Below are positions 23,201 to 34,800 of a stretch of DNA of 64,000 nucleotides, one piece after another. Positions within the stretch are counted from its first letter, which is position 1, and the number at the start of each line of letters is the position of its first letter. The notes under the pieces were generated by a model. That model ran no database searches, had not been told where the DNA came from, and saw only the letters and a program-made list of their open reading frames with translations. The translations under genes were made by a program, and so were the position numbers. This DNA comes from Paraspadella gotoi. Taxonomy: Eukaryota; Animalia; Chaetognatha. The stretch lies in contig CM119263.1 in the NCBI GenBank assembly GCA_051294375.1, forward strand, positions 31,355,476 to 31,419,475. The letters run 5' to 3'.

Positions 23201-24847
23201 ATTGAACTGATCCCGAGAGGAGAAAGGGGAAGCCCATGGAATAGTGAATGAAGCGCTAAGTGGGCTGAAGAAGACAATCCGTATTCCGTAACATCAACGC
23301 CCTCTTGCAGCCATGGGCTATGTCCTCAAGGCGGCTCACGGCCGTCCTCACGTTTTCCCTTGGGCTGGTACTGGGTTGGGATTGAACCCGGCACCTAGTT
23401 GTCATGAATGAATGAACCATTGGGTCTTGACTCACTCCGGAGTTGAAAGTGTGTGGATGGTCGACGAGAGGAGTTCTCCACAAGAAGTGGATAAGTCGAT
23501 GCACCGTTGTTGGTGAGAGGCGCACAAAGCGACGGCAGGGCCAGTCAAATGATCATCAGATTTTTACACCAGCTTAATGGCAAATAATAACGGTGCTCTA
23601 AAAGACCTGAATAAAATGAACAACCAATAATTATAATAATGAGTATGGAAACGTTTATTGATATGAGTCTTTAATGAGTTCAAAAGAGTCTGACGCGAAA
23701 GCTCGGTGATTCGACAAGTTCGCTCGACATGTGCAGCTCGCAGTAGTTCGTTCGTTGGGATTGAAGAGACAGTAATTATTGTGTTAGTGATATAACCGTT
23801 CAATATAAGCAGTCCCTGAGCTTCGGATCAGGCTGTAACACCGAGTTACAGGCGGGTTAAGCGCCCCGTCCCTCTTAACTGCTAGGCGGCCACCGGGCTA
23901 GAACCCTGGACCTTTGGGTTGGGAGGCGAATGACTTGCCTCCGGCACCAATGGCCGCTGATGAGCGGTTGGTGGATTTTAGTCCACCATACATCCCCCCC
24001 TCCTGTAGGGAGAAGTCTGTTGCGTCTCTTCAGTGAATTGTTGGTGGAAAGTTCGTCACCAAGTTGAGGCATGTCGCCTGATGTGTTGTGGGCGTAAAGT
24101 GCATCGCCAGGTTGAGGCATGTCGCCTGAAAGGGTTGTTGTTGCTGTTGTGTTCGGAAGTCGGGCTCACCAATGAAGAGACAGTAATTATTATTGTGTTA
24201 ATGATAGAACCGTTCAATATAAGCAGTCCCTGAGCTTCGGATCAGGCTGTAACACTGAGTTACAGGCGGGTTAAGCGCCCCGTCCCTCTTAACTGCTAGG
24301 CGGCCACCGGGCTAGAACCCCGGACCTTTGGGTTGGGAGGCGAATGACTTGCCTCCGGCACCAATGGCGCTGATGAACGGTTGGTGGATTTTAGTCCACC
24401 ATAGGATTTTATTTACTAACTGCTACAATATGTAAATGAGATTGAAGAACTCGATCTCATTTGAAATGAACCCCAAATTATTCTGCTACAATTTGCCTTG
24501 ACTTAATTTATTTAACTTTTGAATTTGAGGAGGACGAATCTGTGGCGGCTTACAACGTCGGTCGACCCGAGGAGAAAGGATCCAACGACGACGACGACGA
24601 CGTCACTCACGACGTTACAAACCAATTTACTTTCGAAGGCGAGGCTGCGGCCGATGCGAACAGGTGAGCTAGGAACTTAATATATTATATTATACAGTAA
24701 TTTCATTAAAAAAATTGAATGTTCTGCATCCTTAGGTCGTTGGGCAAAAATCGTTACCGTTTCCCCGGATCGGAAATGACCAGGGAACTTTACGAACGAC
24801 GCCAGGTCGATATCAACAACAACAACAACAACAGCAGAAATGATTGA
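18394..24847 (+). CDS. Putative single-pass membrane protein: signal peptide, MAM-like domain, K/E-rich repeat stalk, TM helix, cytoplasmic tail
   Basis: Signal-like VSFVSCLLGFWFCVSAA; MAM-like FSCSF..LCGF..W, ACLRLKFEYQFRGVGFLRV, W..V..EFQLVFHA; TM LYVLIAVLLTVIFVLLVSVLLLLL (~22745-22820); last exons ~24529-24663 and 24737-24847; frameshifts likely from assembly indels. Confidence 0.6.
21697..22343 (+). repeat. 24-bp coding minisatellite (AERKEVEK)n
   Basis: Unit GAAAGAAGTTGAGAAGGCAGAAAG, ~26 copies with scattered 1-bp deletions. Confidence 0.95.
23249..23537 (-). mobile_element. Degenerate tRNA-headed repeat (family 3), related to 27396-27671, with internal deletion
   Basis: Shares GCGCTAAGTGGRCTGAAGAA, GCCATGG and CGGCCGTCCTCACG blocks with the 27.4-kb copy; minus-strand B-box GGGTTCAATCCC; no TSD seen. 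Confidence 0.6.
23808..23883 (-). ncRNA. Candidate type-P5 twister ribozyme, family 2 3' LTR
   Basis: AGCAGU..AGG GA CGG GGCGCU UAA CCC GCC UGUAAC:GUUACA G CCUGA UCCGAAGC UCAGG G ACUGCU; P2 short; predicted cut 23859/23858. Confidence 0.75.
24222..24297 (-). ncRNA. Candidate type-P5 twister ribozyme, family 2 5' LTR
   Basis: Same as 23808-23883 apart from a P3 loop change; predicted cut 24273/24272. Confidence 0.75.
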
Positions 24848-27395
24848 GCCTCAATACAGAAAATTTATAAAGATTAAGAGTGAGAAGAAGACTTTTATTT
24901 GTCAGTTATACAAATGAATTCAATTATTGTTGATTTTGAATATTTTGTTAAATTTATTTTATTTAAACTATAATTATATTTAATTATTACGATTTTGACG
25001 TTTTTTGTTCGTCCTTGCGCCGGAAATTACTTGATATTTTTAATAATTTTTGAGAGACATCTATTTCTTTTTCATGCAATTGCCTACAATCATGTTCACA
25101 AGATGATGCTTCTGATTCTTAAAGTTAATTTTTCGAGCGATTTTTGTGCCAATTTTCGTTGTTTATATAGATTGTGTTCGAGTTTAGATTCCGTTGTGTT
25201 GGTCCTTAGTCGGTCACAGTCTTATAAAGTCTTTGAATCAAGTTGGGTAGACGTAGGCTACAGAAGAAAAGTTTGAAAAGCCAAATAATTTTTCCATTTA
25301 CAAATTTTTGTTCGAGTTTTTTTTCTAGTTCTATTCAGGTTATTCGCTCCTAAATCCTTTAAATCATAAACACAAAATGTCATTACTAATTAATGATTTA
25401 CTCATCGCCATAATTGACGCCCATAATGACTCGCCTCTCGATTCTTTTTCCGTCGCGTCTTTTGTTTTTTTTTTCTTCCGAAGAAAAACTCGTAGGGACC
25501 TGGAGCGGCCAAGGGCGGAATGAGGAGACGGAACCGCGAGGCTCACGTGACCAAAATCAGGCGACGGGTCTAGGATTCGCGACGAAAACAAATCCCCGGT
25601 CTGGCTCATCTCTCTCGTTCCGGAGAGAGAGAGAGAGAAAGGTAAGTTGTGAGGGGGGAAGGGAGAGAGAGAGATGATAAAAAATATTAAGTGAGGATGA
25701 GATCCCAAATCCAAATGTCTGTGACAGATATGAGACTCATTTGCTTTTGTTTTTTGTGTCTTGAAGAGGGGAATTCGGAAGTGAAGACTGGGATGTGAAA
25801 TAATGACTGACTGTGATTTGATTTTGAGGAGTTTAGTATTTGGAAATATGAGAGTTGACAGAGTCCGTGATTGAATGAACAACCGTGAGGCGGACCTTAT
25901 GTGTCACCTCTTTTGAGACAAAAAATAAACGGAAATTATAATAATAATAATAGTTATTAGTTATATTAGTTCTAAACTTAGTAAAATATTGATAATTGCT
26001 AATGCTATTATTATAATCAATTTTCATAGCTAGGCTTTCTTATATTTGTTATACAACTTCGTTTTGTGTTGTATTAATTTTATCATATAATACATACGTA
26101 TCTTCGATTTCTTTTTCTCACACAAACATAAAATTCAGGCGGTATAGAGTCCACAGTCCATAAGTGAATGTGATGCTGTGCACAAAAAATTTCAAGTCAA
26201 TATTTTTCTTGACACTAACAGGTCCTTTCGATCTCTTTTTACTTCCTTCGCTTCTACATTTCATCGTCGATAAAAAAAGAAAAAGAAAAAAGAATGAAAC
26301 GAAAGAAAAAAACTGGATCTTAGTTTAAGTTGATCTCATCTCCTAATTCGCCCCCCCCTCCACCGCCCCCATCCACCACCCCCCTCCACCACCTTCACTT
26401 ATCTTCCTCCGCCGCCATTCAACCTCGTCATTCGATTCCGTCGTCGTCGTCCTCAGCGTCGTCGTCGTCTTCCGGCGCAGAAATCGCGACGTCGCGTCGA
26501 TGGAGACAAAAAAATCGCGCGCGAAGGAAGAAGAAGAAGAAGAAGAAAAGAAGAAGAAAAAGAGGAAGGATAAAAAGAAGAAGATGCAATTGCGTAACGA
26601 GTCGAATCCAAGTTTTTTTTTTCTTTTTTGTCTGGAAAGAGAAAAAAAAGAATAACCGAGTCTGAGTGTACATGATATACTACATCGGATGCGCGGGGGA
26701 TTAATTTTTTTTTCCCGTTGGGTTCATTCGCACGAGAGAGAAACTGGGTGAGTTTTCATTTTTTTTCGGTTTTAGTGTAAATTTTACTTAAATTATTTTT
26801 GTTTTTCTCACTTTTTGGGGATAAATTTCTTTCTAAAGTTTTCGTTATAACGATTTTTTTTAATAACAAAAACGATTTTTACATAATATAATAAATATAA
26901 TGATAAGTAAGTTATAAGTCATGAAAACTTAATAAAACCATTTATTATTGTCTCTTCTACGTGAATTATCTTTGTGAATTATTTGTCTTTAGACTTTAGT
27001 GATTCCTGGTCAATCAGAGTAGGTTTTTATCTCATTTATGCGAGCCCTATTTTATTGTTGTTTGAGTTTTTATAACTTTTTTTCGTTGTTTACGTTTCTA
27101 AAAGCACTGAAATAAAAATGGGAGCTTATCTGTAAATTCTCTCATTTGTTAAAAAAAACAAAAACAAAATCAAAATCAGCTTTCATATTTGATTTTTATA
27201 ACAATGAAAACAATTTTAAATTTCGACCACTTTCGCACAGGCAAATAATTCTGAGCAAATTTTTTTAATAAAAAAATATCAAATTTTGAGGTAACGTTCA
27301 ACCGACATTTTTGTAACCTTTTATTTCTCAAAATTTATCAGACGTCAAAAAGAATAGTTTTAAATTTCGGTTGATAACTTCAAAAATATCAACTT

Positions 27396-27671
27396 TGAAA
27401 TCAAAGGCGCTAAGTGGACTGAAGAATGCTATCTGCAACCCCCTCTAGCGGCCATGGAACGGGTCCTGGGCTTTGAACCAAGCTCGCGGGTTTTCCACTC
27501 CCCCAAGGTGGTTTACGGCCGTCCTCACGCTTCTCGCAGGGTTGGTACCATTGGGCATCGATCCCTGTACCTAATGGTCATGAGCTGATGGTATTACTCA
27601 ATGAGCCACCGGGTCACGAGCGAAGGAGTCATGCTTATAGTTGGGAAAATATATTTCAATGCCCGACTACA
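27396..27671 (-). mobile_element. Probable degenerate solo LTR (family 3) with tRNA-like head and twister-like remnant
   Basis: TG...CA ends, terminal hairpin TAGTTGGG/CCCGACTA, near-duplication AACTT/AACTC on flanks; minus strand GA CGG..UAA..ACC, P3, CUUGG UUCAAAGC CCAGG. Confidence 0.55.
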
Positions 27672-28888
27672 AACTCTTTCTGTTTTGGCATCTACCTTCC
27701 CACCCTCCCACCTCTCCTCTCCTCTCCTCTCCTCTCCTTCCCTCAAACCACAATCGCTTCTCTTTCTCTAAAAATAAAAGAGAAGAAAAAACTTGGTCGT
27801 CATTGAGAATCTATTTTTAAACTTGGGGCGTAATTCAGACGACTGACGGAACCGTAGGCGCTTTTCTTTCTAATATATCTATTTTTAGCTTCTTTTTTCT
27901 TCTTCTCACCTATGGTTTCTCGCGCCTTATTTCGCCTGTTGCTTCGCCTGATTTGCTTTCTTTTTCATATTCCCTCAACTTGACGTATACGTTCGTTGAC
28001 AAACCTCTTTCTATTTCTACTCCTTTAACTAAAGTAAATATTTATTATATTGTTTCATTAGGGTCCCTTTTCTTTTAGTCTCTGCCGAACCAAACCTAGA
28101 CTTGATTCTATAATGGTCGCGATGTTCAATGTCCTGCTTAGTCCCCTTAACTCCCGCTCGATTCTCACTCGCCGTCTACAGCCAGAGTCACTCTCTCACT
28201 TCAGCCACGTTCACAATCTTTCTCTCCCGCCCAATTTTCACTCCATTTCCATCTTCATCTCCATCCATTTACTTCCACCTGTTTCTCACTTCATCCCTCA
28301 CTCCCGCCTTTTTCTCACTCCTCTCACTCCATTTCTCACTCCCGCCTCTTTCTCTCACTCCATCTCGCGCCTCGACTATTTTTGGCGTTTCGTTTCGCTC
28401 CCGCCGCCGAAGACGACGGCGCGGCCACTTTTTATGCGTAAGAATAGCTTTATATAGGAATGCTGAGCCATTACCCCGTCTCGAGTTGACAACGCCAGAG
28501 GACAATCTAGAATCTGCCTTTGGAACCGTTATGCCGTCTCTACATTGACAATGGACGATAACAATGTGATTTCATGATTTATAATTATGTAATTAACCAT
28601 TTTTACTGGAAAATGTGGAAACACATTTTAGCCTCATTTAGGCCAGATTTAGGCTTCTGGGGGTTATCTTTCAAGTCATTTCATAATTCTAAGACCAGAT
28701 GCGATGTTGAAAATTGTATTGCAAACGGCTCTCATGTTTAAATTCCTGGATCTTATGATGAAATGAATGACAAACAACTTGTAAACCTATATGAGTCGAT
28801 CGAGCCTTTGGAACAGAGATTCTCTTAGTACCAAGAATGCTCAACCAGGCGAGGATCGCGTATTCGACTTCCCTACTTTTCGACATGT

Positions 28889-29617
28889 CGCGCGTGCGAT
28901 CGAGCTCGAGGCCAATCTCCTTCGCGCGCGCGATCAAGCTCGAGGCCAATCTCCTTCGCGCGCGCGATCAAGCTCGAGGCCAATCTCCTTCGCGCGCGCG
29001 ATCAAGCTCGAGGCCAATCTCCTTCGCGCGCGCGAATGAGCTCGAGGCCAATCTCCTTCGCGCGCGCGTTCGAGCTTGAGGCCAATCTCCTTCGCGAGCG
29101 CGATTGAGCTCGAGGCCAATCTCCTTCGCTGAGCGCGATTGAGCTCGAGGCCAATCTCCTTCGCGCGCGAAGGCCAAACCTTCTTCGGCAGCGCGATCGA
29201 GCTCGAGGCCAATCTCCTTCGCAAGCGCGATCAAGCTCGAGGCCAATCGCCTTCGTGCGCGCGATCGAGCTCGAGGCCAATCTCCTTCGCGCGCGCGATC
29301 AAGCTCGAGGCCAATCTCCTTCGCACGCGATCGAGCTCGAGGCCAATCTCCTTCGCACGCGATCGAGCTTGAGGCCAATCTCCTTCGTGCGCGCGATCGA
29401 GCTTGAGGCCAATCTCCTTCGTGCGCGCGATCGAGCTCGAGGCCAATCTCCTTTGTGCGCGCGATCGAGCTTGAGGCCAATCTCCTTTGTGCGGCGCGAT
29501 CGAGCTTGAGGCCAATCTCCTTTGTGCGCGCGATCGAGCTTGAGGCCAATCTCCTTTGCGAGCGCGATCGAGCTCGAGGCCAATCTCCTTCGCAAGCGCG
29601 ATCGAGCTCGAGGCCAA
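28889..29617. repeat. ~30-bp tandem minisatellite with palindromic core
   Basis: Unit GCGCGCGATCGAGCTCGAGGCCAATCTCCTTC-like, ~24 copies. Confidence 0.95.
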
Positions 29618-31829
29618 TTTCCTCCTTTTTTTAGACGAAAAGGGACAAAAAACTGAAAAAGAGATCAATTGACGCTGCCGACGCTAAATTTAGACGCCGA
29701 CTCTTTACTGTACGACGACGACGAATTCTCTCAAGAAATGTAGACTTTTTTGTTACTTTTTAGTTGTTTCCGCTTTAATTCGGAGGGACGAGAGAGTGGG
29801 GGTGGTCGAATTTGGTAGAGACGGTTGAATGGGTCGGCTGGGTGAAGTTTTGATTTAGATTTTAATAGCAATTTGAATTGTGATTCTTTTGTTGACAAAA
29901 AAATATGTCAGGCTACGAAGTCAACGGAATTTAGGGGGGAAAAATATAAAAAACGCTCCCACTAAAGTCAAGAGGCGGAAAAACATAAGCCAAGCTAAAG
30001 GGGATAATTTTAGTTTTTAGTGACACCGCGGTTCCCGGATGAGCTACTACTAATCTGACGGTCCTTTATACTTTTTTCTTACGTAAACAAACTTTAAAAT
30101 AAGTTAAAATGTAAAAGCCTATGCGGCGCAACGCTTTGGAATTTCCTTTCCTTTCCTGGCCGTAATAAAGTTGTTAATAAAGTTATAACCCATGGCAAAA
30201 CCTTCCTCTGTAGTCTCTAACCACTCCTCCTTCCTCCTCCTAAATTAAACTCTTCGTCTCCTACCGCCCCTCTCCCCCTCCTCCCCCCTCCCCCTCCTCC
30301 CCCCCCAAGGCGTCGGGCGATAGTACAAAGGACTTTTTCGGCCAAAGGATGAGGAGGAGGAAGAAGAGGATGATAGCCGCCCTCGCGATTTCCCTTGGAT
30401 CGGAGGCGCGGCTTTATTCTCACCTACTCCCCCCATCCCTTGCCCGCCCCCCTCCCGGCCATCGCGCAGCCCGCCCCCTCTGGCCATTCCGTCTCAGGGG
30501 CGGAAATGGAGTCGAACTTTGACCCCGTCGTCCTCCGCCACAGAACGGAGACGCTTTCGATTCCACATTCACCCACGTCATTTTTTTTTATTAGGAGTTA
30601 ATAGTAAATATATAATTATATATGTCGTTAAATCGATGTTTCACATTACTCGCTCTCATTCTGTCCGATTAATGATTTTCATGATCTCTCTGTCTTCATG
30701 TCATTTTAATTTTTTTTTAAATTCTCTCCTGTTTCTGCGTTTCATAATTGTCAATTTACTATGTACATCACTTGAAAAGAATAAAGACGAACTTTTCCTT
30801 CAAACTTTTGGCGCTTTTTCTTTTCGACCAAAAACCGCGGGCGATCGCTAGTTTAAACGAGGCGGCGGCGGCTTCGGTTGCGGCGCCGGCGGCGTTGACT
30901 TGTCCGAGAGTGGGCCATCGTCCATGATTCTTGTCCTCTGCCATCATATTTGACCCCGCCTGACCCCGCCTCCATTTTTTCCCGGACACCCACACTTCTT
31001 TCCGTCGCGTTGCATTTGTTTCTGGTCATATGAATCATACGAGAAAGGAGAAGAGGCGAAGGATGATGAGGAAGAGGAAGAGTAGGATTCTCTTCTTTCA
31101 ATTCTTCTTTCCTTTTTTCTTTTCATTTTATCTTTCCTTTTTTCCTTCCTTTTTTCCCTCCCCCTTTCTTGTTTTCTCCATATATTTTTTCTTTTTCTAT
31201 TTCCTTTTTGACAATTTCTATTTCTCCTCTTTTTCAAATCTCTTCCTCCCTTCTCCTAATAGTTCCTTCTTCTATCCCCCCTTCACATTCTCTTCTTTGT
31301 CCTTATTCCTCCTTATTTAATCTCTCTCTTCTTCCCCTCACTCCTTCCTCCTTCCTCCCTATCTTCTCCCCGAAAGACGTAACTTTGTCAGTCTGAGTTA
31401 TTTTTGCGCTGCTCCGCGGCTCTAGTGGTGATGTACTATTTTTAAGTCCTCGTTTCAGAATATGTCCTCTCTCTCTCGCTCTCGGTTCTCTCTCTCTCTA
31501 GTTGATCAAGCGTTGGCTAAAAATAAATTTAGAGCGAAGAAAGAGGAGGCCGACTTACACCAAAGCAAAAAAAGAGGGGGGAAGCGAAACCACTATTTTT
31601 GGAAATGTCCTTCTCTTAAAAATCTCTTACATTCTGACAAAAATGTCATATTGCCATATTGTCAAAAGACGTAACCAATTTTTTAAGTGAGAAAAACATG
31701 ATCATTGACTTAATTTTCATGTATCAGTAAATCCTAAAATAAAAAAAATTGTTTTCAGAATCTAGGTACTAATAGTTATAGTTACTAATAGTTACTTTTT
31801 TGCTAATAGCTTTTTAATTTTTACTTTAG

Positions 31830-34800
31830 TGGCATCTTACGGATCGCTCGCTCTCTCCTCTAAACGCTCATAATAAACCCATGTCAGGTAATATTTTAAT
31901 TTTTGTTCAAATCTGAATTTAAATTCCGTCACACAACATGAATCTTCTTATCTAACTGTTGCTTCTATTTTCGAGAACGCACGTCCGCGCTCGATCTGAG
32001 CAGCGGGCACAGTGACCTCGCCGCTGGGCACAGTGATCTCGCTGACGGACACCGTGATCTGATCAACATGCGAATCAACGGAGAAAAAGAAAGAATAAGG
32101 GAGCACAATGATTCGATCACTGGAAACAAAAAGAACTCGGATTCCTCTGGGTCATTTCGAAAAAGCGACGTGGAATATTGGGTGAGAATAAAAGTATTGT
32201 TTAACTAAAGTCTTTAGGCCCAAATTAAACGTCGCTTTATCTTAAAATGCTCCCGGTAACACTGAGTGTAAGACATAGATCTTAGAATATTATCAATCTT
32301 ATTTGCATATAGTAGTAAATTATTTCAGGTCTCATTGCGGATTTATGTTCCGTTTTAATATTAGGCATATTTTTGGACTTTTTCTCGCTTTTTTATATTA
32401 ATTGAATCATAGAATATATTGTTATATTTTGATGGAATACTCCCCGGTCTTATATCCCCATCACCCTATTCTCCATCAAGTCGAATCATGAAGTTCTGGT
32501 CATCGAGACTCAGCTGGAGTCTCTTCGACGTCAGCACGCTCTGCAGCATCAGCTCCTGATGCAGCAGTTTCAGCAACTTCAAACGGATATGACGTCGAGA
32601 CAAAATCAGGAGCTGGAGTTTCACACGCGGGTGAGTCGGCGGTGGGGACATTGGGTATTGGTGTTTCGTTGATTAGTCATTCTGCAATCTGCTTTTGAAT
32701 CCGTTGCGTTCAGCGTCTCCTTTTGGTCCAACAAATTCGGCGTCAAACGTCAGCGTCGACGGAGAAAGACGAAGCCGTTTCTCACGGAGGCGTGGAGACA
32801 GGTTTGGTGGGCGTGGAGGAAGATTTGGTGGGCGTAGAGACAGGTTTGGTGGGCGTGGAGACAGGTTTGGTGGGCGTGGAGACAGGTTTGGTGGGCGTGG
32901 AGACAGGTTTGGTGGATTAGTGATGTGATTTAAAAAGCGATAAATCTTTTGCTCATTTCAGATTCGATGAAAGTAGAGAAAACAAAAGGCGTCTCAATGA
33001 TGGAGACCACGACGACGATAGCGACTCCGACGGAGAAAAATGAAACTGAATCGACGAAAGACGAAGAGTTGGAGAGATTTAAACATAAGGACAAATCACA
33101 GCAGAGTTAGTGCACGAATTTTAAACAATAACATTTATATTATTTTTATAAATATGATTTGAATACTGCTTGAATACTATTTTTAAATTTACTATTAGAT
33201 ATTATATTTTATCCAAGGCGCCAACGCATCTCTTCAAGTCAAGAAGCATCTCGCTTCATTCGTTCGACTCAAGCGGCGCCGACAAGAGGCCGACGGCGCC
33301 GGTCAGCCCCACGGCTTTGCGGAAGGCGGCGCCGATCAGTGCCACGGCGTTGCAGAACGCGGCGCCGTTGAATCTCTTTCGCCCACGCGATCTCTGGTTC
33401 GTGAAAATGCGGGGGCGGGAGAAAGGGGGGCGGGAATGGGTGAGACTCACACAGAGAAGTGAATTACGACCGACGATGAGTAAACGTAAAATTGTGTAAA
33501 AAAGGGAATGTGAGTGAAGACGCGACCCCCGACGCCTTTGCGTGACGAATCATATCGATTTTCTCAAGGTCACTCACATCGTGAGATCCAAATGCAATTT
33601 GCTTTTCCTTCTGGGTTTTTTTTTTTTGAGGGGGGGGGAATTAGTTTAGGGAAATTCGATCAATTATTCTCTTTTGTTTGGTTTTCTTGTTTATCTCATC
33701 TTCGGAGGCGTGGGTTCGAATCTCACCGCTGCAACCACATTTAAGGAAGAACTCATGGATTTCTAGAACGAAATCAAAGGATATTTTATTCTGAGATTAA
33801 AGGTGACGGTGAGATCAATGCTACTGAAACTAAGGGAAAGCTAAGTCTATTTATAACATCGATCTTGCAATCTGATTGGTCGATTCCGGTTCGGCGAATC
33901 CATTCCATTCTATATCCAAGAAATCTTTTTTTTCTTTTCTTATCCTTTAGCCGGCTTTGCGTCAACGGTCGATGCCGGCCGGATTCGCCGGATGGGCGAC
34001 GGCGTCATCGCCTTCCGCCGGTAGTGACGTCCATCGCGTCAGTCCGAATCCTCGACGCCGATTTCTCGATCCCGCCGTCGACGTCGGAGTCTCGCTTCCG
34101 TCTCCGCCGCCGCCGGTGAACTCTGCAGATCCGCGGCGCTGCAGCGGAGGCGAGAAAAGCGTCGGCGGCGGCGGCGAAGACTTTCCTCTCAGAAAAACAG
34201 GTGGAGTCTTCGAGAGGCGAACGAAGTATTAGTTTTTTTTAATTTTGACTAACGTCAAGGATTGAATATTTGTTTTCGTGAGACAATAAAATACAATCGA
34301 AAGTAGATATTGCTGGAAACAATTTAAAACTTTTCGTCTTCACCAGCTTCTGAACCAAATCTAAAAATGAAGTCCGCTCTTCGTCAAAATCTGTTCAACC
34401 GGAAAAACGTTTCACCTTTAGTCAGAAAGAAGCAGATCAAAAGTGCGGAACTTACCAACACCGTCGTTCCTGGCATCACCATTGGTAAGTTGCGAGGGAA
34501 TTTGTGTATAATAAGATAATATGATGCTGTCATTGTGCGTCATGATTGTTTAAAGCTGCTGAACGTATGTTACAGATTGAAGAGACAGTAATTATTGATA
34601 AGTGTTAATGACAGAACCGTTCAATATAAGCAGTCCCTGAGCTTCGGATCAAGCTGTAACACCATGTTACAGGCGGGTTAAGCGCCCCGTCCCTCTTAAC
34701 TGCCAGACGACCACCGGGCTAGAACCCCGGACCTTTGGGTTGGGAGGCGAATGACTTGCCTCCGGCACCAATGGCCGCTGATGAACGGTTGGTGGATTTT

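Larger units (their letters stand above)
23762..24403 (-). mobile_element. TRIM-like non-coding LTR element family 2 (LTRs 23762-23990 and 24173-24403), intronic
   Basis: TSD GGAT (23758-61, 24404-07); near-identical ~230-bp LTRs TATGGTGG...TCTTCA; PBS TGGTGAGCCCGAC (24159-24171); PPT GGAGGGGGGGATG abutting the 3' LTR. Confidence 0.92.

Noticed and set aside
23889-23957. Functional tRNA-Gly gene
   Set aside because: D and anticodon arms do not pair properly; it is part of an LTR
23954-23967. CTGATGAG in the family 2 LTR (+ strand) as a hammerhead
   Set aside because: No GAAA; it lies in a simple hairpin, varies between copies and is on the non-genomic strand
28889-29617. CRISPR-like array and the many ORFs in the 30-bp repeat
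   Set aside because: No unique spacers, no cas genes, eukaryotic context; ORFs are repeat translations
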